A DNA stretch of 63,044 nt, the filler included, from Lenisia limosa (Eukaryota > Protista > Breviatea): NCBI GenBank assembly GCA_001655205.1. It is 11 parts of 11 records of this genome, joined end to end, with 100 filler letters (N's around TTAATTAATTAA, not from the genome) between each part and the next. Parts side by side here need not be neighbours in the genome. Positions count along the whole stretch, not along the records: positions 18,981 to 32,899 come from LPNZ01008623.1; positions 33,000 to 42,507 come from LPNZ01007405.1; 9 more parts are not named here. The stretch is one strand, 5' to 3'. The notes under the pieces were generated by a model. That model did no database searches. It was not told the origin of the DNA and was given only the letters and a program-made list of their open reading frames with translations. Shown here in pieces: positions 26,729-37,400 of the stretch (position 1 is its first letter; each line of letters opens with the position of its first letter). A program made the position numbers and the translations under genes.

Positions 26729-29700
26729 ATTTCATCTCCCAATTTGCATTCCAAGGCCAGAAGCGACCTGCAGAATAAGAAGAATCAAGTAATTTGTTTA
26801 AAAAACAAAAAAAACACAACGAATTAATGAAAGTGACGGAATACCTTGGCAGCTGACGCCTTGATGCGCGTCTTTTCTTCATCGGAAAGCAGTGAAGCAA
26901 CCTGCAGTCGATCAGCAACATTTAAAACGGTAATATCACAAATTTCTACTCCCGAATCATAATTTGTGTTAAAATACAAAAGCAAAAGTTGTATCCACAT
27001 AGGCATCTGGAAGAACTTTCAAAAAACAAAATGCAATTGCTTCAATTCAGCCCTTACTCCCGTAACATAATGCCCTGAGCCCACCCTTTTGAGCAGGGTT
27101 GTTACCCGGCTGAAGGTGCCAACTTCAAGGCATTTTTCCATCACGTCTTCGAACACCACACATATCAGGAGCACTGCGATTGTCAAGAAATACATATGGT
27201 ACTATAATTAATTACATATCGATATGGTATGTCAGATCAGATCATATAATATATTATATTATTAGAGGCAGGCAGAAAGCTGTGTGCACAGAGTTGTAAA
27301 GCAAATGATTGGGTGAATTAATATTATATACTATAATACAATATCTCTGATAAGCGTGATGTTGTGGACGGCTTCGGCCAGATACACCTTTATGTACTAT
27401 TATCTATCATATTATCTCTCATTGCTATAAATACGTCTTCTATGATGCGAAAATATTACTACACGATATACTAGTTGTATATCATAGTACATAACATATA
27501 TATGGTTTCCACAACCAACCAGGTAGGCCCCTTAGTAAGTCTTCTGCAGGAGATAGACTGGCGTGCTATGAAGTAAAGAAAGAGTAGTAACTGCGAGCTT
27601 TCTCGATCTGCCGTCAACTTATTGATAGAGACAACTTATTGATAGATACAGGTGGGGCTTCATATCGTTTCGAAAAAAGACTGAATTTCTCGATAAATCC
27701 TCGATAACTATCGATATTTTACAGTCTTATTCGAACTCAAGTGAAGACCCAGATACAAGGAACAATCATGCCCCTCCCATGCGATAGTCCCCTCTAACAC
27801 ACGGTTGGAATTTTCATGAGATAGCTCCCCCCCCATCATCAATGATTTGAGGATCCCCTCACCTGAGAAAGGAGAGTGTATACACAGAACGAAATATGAG
27901 AACGTAATTCAGGAATATTGACGGATTTCCACGGCAGGTTCTCCAGCTAAATCATCAGAATGACAACGCCAATTATTACATACAAATAGGGCATCCCTCC
28001 GGTCCAAATAAAGTATCCTTGGTAAATAGATATTTTACTGGGCTTTTTGGGACCGTAGGGAGTCCTACATACAAACCAAACATAACAACTTCACACCGTC
28101 ACTGCCACTCACATCCAAGCCTGAAAGAAATGAAATTTTGGTCATCTTAAGAATTTCGGCAAGGCGCCATGGAGGGGACATTATGAGGGACGTACTGGAG
28201 CGATGAACCGGGGTGTGTATGAAATAATGCCATATTTATATGAAAAACGTCATAGTTAATTATATGAGAGAAAAAAAGCCATTGGGCTTCACTTCGGTTC
28301 GAAAAAGTCCATTAAATATCGTTTATTTATCGAGAAATTTAGTCTTTTCCGAACCGAAGTGAAACCTTTGGGGTGTGGTGATAAGTTTGCATTATTCAGA
28401 GGGGACAGTGCGCGATAAGAGCCCTGTGGACAAAAAAAACAGTGTTTTGAGGGAATGCTTAAGTAAAATCCCTCTCACCAAAACAGTTCTATTGCTTCTG
28501 TGGGGACTGTGAGAATGTCTTTTGTGTTGTTTAGTGCCTCGATAACAGTACAGAATGGCCTGGGGTGAGCAGTCAATGTGAGCCAAACTGTAAAAAGCAA
28601 TGATAAATAAAAAAACAAGGTTGCATCTGGCCGAAGCCAAACTAGGTAAGCTAGAGATTTGGAGAATTCGAATAAAATTGGCCAGGAAACAAAGAATTGT
28701 GTTATAATAGTAATAACTACAGCGGCACATTCTCATTACTCAAGCATTTCCATTTCCAAAAGGGGCCCTTTCCCTGCTCGCAATCCCTACTAGGGCTTCA
28801 CTTCGGTTCAAAAAAACTTGGGAAAATATCGACAGTTTTCGAGGATTTATCGAGACATTCAGTCTTTGTTCGAACCGAAGTGAAGCTCTAATCCCAACAT
28901 ACTCCTCGGAAGTGACCGGGCCTTCTGACGACAAAATAAACTCAATACACGGGTTTAAGATATCAGAAATGATGGAGACGCCGTCCGAACCGTCATAAAG
29001 CCAATTAGACTTGTGACTCTGGGCGGTTAGTGTTCGCATTCACACACCATCAATATGCGGACAGATTATCAAACTTTATGTGATTCTTTCCTGATTGATT
29101 CAGATGCACAAAGCTGTGTATATTGAGATGACTTAGTATAGCTTTATAGTTAGTTAATACTAAAATCTAAACCCTTATTACTGTGGTATTTCAATGGCCT
29201 TGGTTCAAATACATACAGTGACCGGGATAAGTGTTGACCTATTGTCCTTGGGAAATCACATAGCAAATCGGTCAAGACTTACTCTGGTTACTGTTCATAG
29301 ACTTGTGTACTATTCCTTCTTTTACCCCCCCCCCCACCATTACNNNNNNNNNNNNNNNNNNNNNNNNNNNNNNNNNNNNNNNNNNNNNNNNNNNNNNNNN
29401 NNNNNNNNNNNNNNNNNNNNNNNNNNNNNNNNNNNNNNNNNNNGAATCTCACTCAGGTCTGGGACCAGGTGGGCAGGAAGAAGGTACTCCTCGATCTCAG
29501 TGATCTTGGATGTGATCTACGAAGTGAGGAAAATCAAAGCAAGGCATGCTGCTGATATATGCAAATCGCTTCTAGCACTTCTTATTGTAAGCAAATGCAA
29601 ACAATAACTAATGGAGAGTAAAGACTGGAATGCTAGTAGGTGTACTATTTCTGATTTGAAGTAATAAAGTGAATGAAACACCAGTTAACCCCACTGAATC

Positions 29701-31000
29701 GGGTGTCATATCCAGAAGATGAGTTGAAAGCACCATTGTAATCAGCAACACAGTGTTTGTCGCCAAGTCCAAATCTTCGGTCATAACATTTAGTATCGTC
29801 TTAAACGAGGCGTCTGATTGGAATGAACAGAAGAACAACAACTACAAAAATACAAAAAAAAAAAAAAAGAAAANNNNNNNNNNNNNNNNNNNNNNNNNNN
29901 NNNNNNNNNNNNNNNNNNNNNNNNNNNNNNNNNNNNNAAGGTGGAAGAAGATGGGGGTCTAATTAGTTCGGTACCAACCAGGGTGCAGCACCACAGCGAC
30001 AAGATATGACCAAATGATGTCGTTGATTCCGAGGGATGACGGTGTCTTCACCTCCAAACAGTACTTCTAGAGTGGTAAAATGAAGGAGATGAAGAATATT
30101 GCATAAAGGTACGAACAATCTGAAACTCAAAAAAAACAAAAACAAAACAAACAGTAGCAAACATGAGGAGGGAAGAATGTCAATCATTATTAATACAAAG
30201 TGAAAGAGAATTACTGAATATTTGGTAAAAGTGGAAGGTGAATGTTATCACAAAAATCATTCTTTCACATCCTGGACGTTGGAAGAACCGAAGTCCCCAC
30301 CTCGGCAATTGTCAGAGCAAACGCGATTGCATCAGGGTTCTGATCGTCCAGCCCGGACTGGAGGACTTCAAAGGACTCTAATAGCAGCTACATTCATGTA
30401 AGAAGGACTCTAATAGTGAATTCATATAAGAAGCAAAGGACTCTAATAGCAGCTGAATTCATGTAAGAAGCAAAGGCTATTTAGTCTAAATGTTAAAGCA
30501 GGGTGGTAATTCAGAAAATTCATGAACTGTGTGTTAAACTCCAGCAGGCCTTGGTAACACACAGTTCATGAATTTCAGTTCACTCGTTTTCTCGCTAGAT
30601 AAGAAGATGGATCATAACAAAACTCACAAGAGCAGACCTGACTCAAAACAGTGTCCCCATTCTCAATATGGAGAGTGATGAGATCATCTAACGCTTCCAT
30701 AATAGCCGCACGCGATTGTGTTTTTGGCTAAAAGAGGACAATAAGAGTCAGGTTTAAAGGAATGTGGTAGGACGGATTATAATATCAACTCACCCAGTAA
30801 AGCTTCCAAATACATTTTCATACCTGTAGAGCGTGGGAGAACAGCAAGAGAGGCAGTCAAAGAAAATGTTTTGAATAAAAGCAGAACACTGGTCCAACAC
30901 CCAAAACCTGATGAAGTGATTGTTTTGACAGGTCATGGCTTTGTTGGTTAGTATGATGGCTTTTGCAAGTAGAAATAGGGTTAATGGGTTCAGATTTCAG
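26729..31000 (-). CDS. Uncharacterised multi-exon, probably alpha-helical protein
   Basis: Series of GT-AG exons, e.g. SGLDDQNPDAIAFALTIAE, ASFKTILNVMTEDLDLATNTVLLITMVLSTHLLD, ITSKITEIEEYLLPAHLVPDL, LENLPWKSVNIPELRSHISFCVYTLLSQ and VASLLSDEEKTRIKASAAK|VASGLGMQIGR*. Confidence 0.5.
28791..28890. mobile_element. hAT-type MITE
   Basis: Flanks ATCCCTAC / ATCCCAAC. Confidence 0.88.
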
Positions 31001-31581
31001 TGCCATTAATTAAATTAAGAAAATAAGAGTAATTCGCCATTAATTTCGGGATGTCTTGGTTTGATGAGCCAGGAAGCGCGCTGTTGGGGTCCTCAAGCTC
31101 CCTTGAACCCGGAACAGTGATTGAATTTGAAACTAATGGCTTTGACTATGGAGATGCGCTTGAAATTAGCTTCCCCGATGACGGACTTCGTAACGATGAG
31201 GGAGTGATCTCAGCAACCCAAGTCAAGTCTGCTTTCCCCCAGGAGAACTTCCTCAAGCCAAACGGTGTCACTGGTAGGCCAGATAGGCGCTTATGATGTC
31301 TGAAATTGTGGGACTATTTGATGTTTTTTTTTTTGTTTTTTTTTTCTCGAAGTATTGGGATAGCTTTCAACGTCTTTTTCTGGAGCAAAAACCTATGTCA
31401 GGAGAGCGTTTTTTTTTTTATATAGTGGTGAGACCATCCATAAAAAAGAACCCAGAGACATTTATTCGTGTTCATTTTGGAAATAAAACTACTCTCAAGG
31501 ATAACCTTGATTTTCCCCCAACCTTCCCCGCAAAATCCAGGCGTTTTATTTCCGTAAGATATCAGCAATGTGAGCCCTACC

Positions 31582-31671
31582 TGGGGCTTCACTTCGGTTC
31601 GGAAAAAGAATGAATTTCTCGATAAATCCTCGAAAACAATCGCTTTTTTTCCGAACCGAAGTGAATCCTTA
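31582..31671. mobile_element. hAT-type MITE, perfect 8-bp TSD
   Basis: GCCCTACC on both sides (31574-31581 and 31672-31679). Confidence 0.9.
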
Positions 31672-33589
31672 GCCCTACCTCGTGTTCCTTTGTTTATTTT
31701 TACCAGTATCACGTTGGTGACTTTGGGTTTATTCCTCCCCCATACTAATGTGTGATATGAAGTGCACAGAGTTTATCGACCCCCATCGTTCTCTTCCTTC
31801 ACTTTTGGAAGAAATGGAGGCAGAGCTTTAGGTTTTCTTCAAATAACCCCCGCAGCAATGATGATGAAAGCGCCGGTACCCGAATCCAAGCCTGCCATCT
31901 CTGCTGTCAGTGGACGCACAATGCTTCTTGCCAGCATGGAGATCCAGCGGATGATCGCGAAGCTGAGCACAGAGGCTGTGGCCCGGTCCAATAAGTTCAT
32001 GCTGTCAGCCCCGAGCCNNNNNNNNNNNNNNNNNNNNNNNNNNNNNNNNNNNNNNNNNNNNNNNNNNNNNNNNNNNNNNNNNNNNNNNNNNNNNNNNNNN
32101 NNNNNNNNNNNNNNNNNTTCTCTAATAAATCCTGTTCAAGCCCTAATACTAAAGCAGAAATGGCAGAAGGAAAAAGGGCAATAGTATTATATCGTTTATA
32201 ATATGATGGCTTCTGCCTGACACAAAATCCACTGTTATCGATTCTACTTTCTCACACACATGGTCAATTTGAACAAGACTGACAAGACAGCGGTACCAAC
32301 GTATGCCCGGCCCGGCTCGCAGATGGCTGAGTCGGAGGGGTGACGTGTCACTTACCGCCCTCTGCAGCCTCGGATATGACGCCGTCATGGACGCTGTGGT
32401 TGCCAAGAGAATGCAGAGAGAGGTGTGTTGGCTGTGTTACGATTCTTTGCAGGGGATTAAATTTGGCCCATCAGGGTTGTTTAGTGCTAGATCGGACTAA
32501 TTGACTGACATAACAGGACAACAGTTTGGCCAGTAAATTGCCGCGTGGTGTTGCCCAAGCCCTTGTAGCTGAGGGTCCGGACGGATGGAAACTGCTGTGG
32601 AGCTTCCAGGGAGGTTGGAGGGATCCGTGGTGATAGCCAAGTTGGGCTTCACTTGGGTTCGACAAAGATGAAAAATATCGATATTTGTCGAAGATTTATC
32701 GAGGAATTCAGTCTTTTTTTGAACCGAAGTGAAGCCCTACAGTCCATTTGGTTTGTGATTATTATCTTGTTTTCAACGCACATCCGCTTCTCAAATGCTA
32801 AGACAACAGAGTTATTTTGTTTCATAAATATTCCCATTTTACCGCCCGCCCCCCCTCAATATTCTTCATCTAAATTTCTTTGTTTTACATGCAGTGCTGN
32901 NNNNNNNNNNNNNNNNNNNNNNNNNNNNNNNNNNNNNNNNNNNTTAATTAATTAANNNNNNNNNNNNNNNNNNNNNNNNNNNNNNNNNNNNNNNNNNNNG
33001 TCATAGAGAATCACACCAGATTTTGAAGGGTTTTTTGAAATAATTCCTACGAGAAAGTTGTGCGTGGAAAAATAAATTTAAAAGTTTTCAATTTTATGAA
33101 TATTTTTTAAAACTGTATTGTAAAGTTAGGTAAAACACCCACTTAACTTCAGTTAAACTCGAATAAAATTCAACTGAACAGGTATAATATGATATATATT
33201 AGATTCTATTCCTATCTTATAGTATGTATGCCTGGGAGGCACGTAGAAAGCCCAATACTTGAATAAATAGTAGACTAGAATCAATATCTGTTGTTATTGA
33301 TATACAGCTGAATATAATCTTTCAAATATGATCATTTATTTGTCATGTCTAAACGATGTTATATTTTATCAATTGTTTTAAGAGTAATAATGACCTCCTC
33401 TACCTCAAGTTATTCACAATGGTTCACATTATAGTCTTCTTTCATCAACCAAACATTTGCTCCTGCGTTTGGACAGTGCTGAAGGCTTACCGTCTCCACG
33501 ACAATGCCTCTCAGGCAATTGTGCCTGAGATTGCTCTTTGTAGCAATGACAAGAAAGCCGAAGTTTGCTCAGTGTTACTTTCTTTGAAG

Positions 33590-35060
33590 ATGTTGCTTGA
33601 TATTCACTTACTTATGCACCAAGCCAACTGAACGAAGTTTCTCGATGTCAGCAAAAAGATTGCCGAGAAGTCCCCTCTGCAAAAGAGTGAGTGCGCGGCC
33701 TTACATCCCCACCCCTGCCCTTGACGTCTTCACTGTAGCAATTCTGGCACAGGCTGACGATTCCCCTCAGTCACCAAGGCCACCTTACTGTCTCTCCCCT
33801 CTCACACGCCTACTACAGAGTATGTTATTTCATACTTGGAAGTATGACCAGTTGTTTCAACTTTTTTTGATCACTCTCGTACTGCTTATAAATGTGATCC
33901 TTTTAGTTTATGGTTCTCTTCATGGACTCAACTGGAACTCGGTTTAGTGCCCTTAAGGGTTTGGCCGTTGCTGACCTGGAGGAGGTTGAAACTGAAGATG
34001 GGCGGTTTATCGAGGTCACATTTCCCACCCTTCCGTCATTCGACCAAGGCAGCCGAAAGACTAGCGGCCTCACTAATAGAGTTATTTCATAAATCAACTT
34101 GGCTTTCTTTTTTTATCACAGCAATTTATCATATGAATACTAATATATCGATATGAATGTTACAATATCATGTGTATAGGTTGGTGTTTAAAACCGCGAA
34201 CATGATTAAAACCGCGAACAAGCCAAAAGTCAACATAAATCGCTTCAACAACACCCTTTTTAGTGTGAAATTTGGCAGTTTTGAGTACTTGACTATCAAT
34301 AACATCAAAACAAAGAAATTTTGAGCAAAAAGAAGAAAAAAAAATGAGGAGATAAAAAAATCGAAAAAAAAGATCTTTTGATCAGAATCGAACCCGGCCG
34401 GGGTCCCCAGTTTCAATATATAATACATCATATCTGCATATCATATCATATGGAATATTTTATTATGTATCGATATAATTGAGAATTTGTATTAATTTAC
34501 AATGATATTTTTTTGTTCACTGATTTTGTCAGAACAATTTTCTAAAAAATGTGTTGTATTCCGATTTTTTGTTTTGTTATTCTTCCGTTTTCCTTTTTTT
34601 TCTGTTTCTTCCATTTTCCTTGTTTCTTCAGTATTTGTTTATTAACATCATGCCCAGTGGATGCTGATTAGGTGGGGGGGATTACAAAAAGGTATCTTTT
34701 TTTATTACTTTGTTTTTCATCCGAACCTATCACCAACATGCTCACGTGGCGCACTGAACTATCTCACCGGTTATGCAGTAATCTTGTACCAACATTTAGA
34801 GTCTGTAGCCAGATGCATTGGAATCCCTGAAAACTTTGCTCTGGAATTTTTTCGGGGAAATATCCCAAACTGTGGCGAGTATCGAGACAGAGATGCATCT
34901 GGGCAGAGCTGTATGTAGGCAGTTAAGTTGGCTTCAATGGCAAGCTGATGAGCGCGACAGTGTGGAAAGGATTGCGGTCAAAGTGGTATAAAATATAACT
35001 CCCTGAAGAAGAGATAATGTACATTATTACTCAGTGGAAAACCTATACCATATGAATTAA
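33590..35060 (+). mobile_element. Candidate intron-containing tyrosine recombinase gene (Crypton-like), probably decayed
   Basis: Frame-preserving introns at 33687-33738 and 33820-33906 give ..SHAYYR|FMVLFMDSTGTRFSALKGLAVADLEEVETEDGRFIEVTF..GSRKTSG (R and K motifs). Downstream are HPNLSPTCSRGALNYL (CPV-AL-YL-like) and HLGR at 34896-34907 (HxxR). One frameshift is needed and the catalytic Y is not clearly placed. Confidence 0.45.
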
Positions 35061-35221
35061 GGGCCTCAGGGTTGATGTTATGTTGCACCTCAAGTCATGG
35101 TACTGCAAGTGGATGGCGTCGATGTCGGTGAGATTGATGCGCGGGGCACGGTCTGAGAAGGATGCACAGATGGCTAAGCGGTGGCGCTAGAGAGACAAGA
35201 GGGCCGTGGGATTTGGGCGGA

Positions 35222-35830
35222 GATATAGGTTCATCGCGACCAGGTTACCAAGTTTCCACCGTCCGTGGTCGGCAATCTGATCCAATAGGTACTCCATATC
35301 TGCGAGGAGGGTGGCTGTGCCGGCGCGAATGAGTGGCCGGAGATTAGGGCTTTCTGCATATCTGGGGTCAAGGCCGCCGTTAACAGCTTCAGCAAATCAC
35401 GGTTGAATTGCGTGGTAGTGTAGGGCGTGCCATCAGGGTGGTGTAGCAAGGGTAAGTCTCCCATGAGGGAAATCCGGGAGACCAATCCACATCAGCCCGG
35501 GGCTCATGGACTCTCTCATGACAGAAATGGCGAACTATTGCCGAAGACGATCGGCGATTTTTCTCCATCGCGCTTTCCCACCACGAGTGACATCAGCCTC
35601 ACTCAACACACCGACGCTCACTACGGCCCCCTGTCCTTCCTCGACGTACGACTTAAATGGTCTAAAACTCAGAAGAAACCATTCCTGGTTACCGTCCCCT
35701 ACTTCAAACACCACATTTCTGGAAGCAGTTCAATTTGTTCTCTACGTGACCCGTCCCTTTCTATGGTTTCCTTGGAGGGGGGCCAAGGGTTATGTGCAAG
35801 TGATTTGCACAAGTGGACGTAGTGGCTAGC
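35222..35830 (-). pseudogene. YR domain of the Ngaro-type element, with its central segment (35490-35750) inverted onto the + strand
   Basis: Minus: HYVHLCKSLAHNPWPPSKETI (35830-35765) and the HSFR/GRW/Y region (35485-35225). Plus: GAHGL..RNGELLPK..DFSPSRFPTTSDISL..VRLKWSKTQK..ICSLRD. Confidence 0.8.
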
Positions 35831-36099
35831 GACGTTATTGTATTGGTGTTGAGAGGCGTGGCGACGGCGTTTGAAGACAGGTGTTTCTGATAGATGCTTC
35901 AGCGGGGGACTTCCCGACGAGAGGGGGGAGTTGTTTGGCTGAGTTGAAAGATTCCCGCGTGAGGAATGAGTCGACGCGGTGACCCGGGGGGGCTCGAGCG
36001 GGTCTGTCGGGGGCAGCGGCTAAGCGAAGGAAGGTGGGAGCCATGGTAGAGGGTCGATATCTATGATTTTGAGGGACAGAAGTCGACTCTGTTTACCAC

Positions 36100-37400
36100 G
36101 GGACACGGCGCAATTCAGTGGAGATCCAGCAGATGGTGAGGTCAATCTCGTATCGGATGGACGGCTACAGGGCTTGGTGTATGATCTCGTTGAGGACCGG
36201 GTCACGGGCCTGGCGCTTCTTCCACGCTGCGACAACTGCAACGTTGTCGCATGCCAGGCACAAATGTTTGCCCTTGAAGATGTGGCCCCAGAGGGAGATT
36301 GCTGCGAGGACGGCCAGAGACTTTTTGATGGCGACGCTTTAAAAGCGGATTTCGTGTTTTCAGTGCATTAGGACACAACCAAGAAGGCCACGGCCGGCGG
36401 CGTCAGTGCAATTGTCAGCGTCACATTGGTTCGAGATGTTAAACGATGTGGCGGACAGAAGGCGCTGTTCGAACCACGAGGGTTTGGACAGGAAGTCGTG
36501 GAACGTTTCGCGATCTTTTATCGCTTAGGGGGAAGTTTGACTGCGGACTTAGAGCGACCAGAGACTGCCAGCATGGAGAAAACAGACGTAAGAGTGTGTT
36601 TCAGGTTTGGAGCCACAGTGACCGCCCAGTTCATTTGACCGGCGACCGTTTGGAGCTTGTTACGGGAGACTAACTCAGTGGAGAGAGTCTCGCAGGTGGG
36701 TGTATTTTAAGCAAGAAGCATTGGGGAGGAAAAAGATAGTTTTGTTGACAGTGGTAGTGTCGTGTCCGACGCCAAGGAGGGTGAAGATGTTAGTAGGTGG
36801 GGCCACCTTCTGTGGCTTGGTGGGGATGCCAATTGCAAACAACGTCATAAGTAAAATGCGGATAGCGATCTTATCGGCGAGAGACGATGTTTGAGCGGTG
36901 AAGAAGTCATCCAGGTAGCAGCCCAAGATGTCAATGATGGTGAGGGAAAAGCGGTGGAATGATTCGGAGCTGCGCGTGTGGCCGAAGGGGAGGCGTAATT
37001 AACGGCCGATTGTACCCTTGGGGGTTTCGAAGCCCAGAGCGAAGGATTGTAGATGAGTCATCAGAAAGTTGAAGTCCGCGTCTTTCATGTCGACGGAAGC
37101 CATGGATCGGAACCGTCTGTCTCGAGTCCAATCGCTGAAGAGTTGTCCCCTGAAGAGGGAGTATGTGGGTGCAGTGTGAGACGGTCCCTGGTGTTTGCAA
37201 TCAAGGATGACGCGGACACCGAGGCCTTTGGGGACTGTCCCAAGAGGGTTTTTGTAAGCCCGGGTGATCGCCCAGAGCGACGAAACCCTTACTAGCAAAG
37301 TTTTGGATTTCGGACTCGATGTCGTCGGAGTGGTCGGTGGCATTAGGCCAATTTTGGCGCTAAGGGAAGTTACCGACCGCATGGTAAAGGACAAGCCGTT
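36100..37400 (-). pseudogene. RT-RNase H of the Ngaro-type element (frameshifted)
   Basis: YLDD motif near 36915; RNase H CDN motif near 36245; motifs are spread over different frames. Confidence 0.88.

Noticed and set aside
33400-33750. Minus-strand kinase-like reading (..IEKLRSVGLVH)
   Set aside because: No HRD continuation follows, and it needs a 36-nt intron. The plus-strand introns have better branch and pyrimidine signals and preserve frame.
34375-34420. tRNA/SINE B-box (GGTTCGATTC on the minus strand)
   Set aside because: No A-box, anticodon arm or acceptor stem is recognisable.
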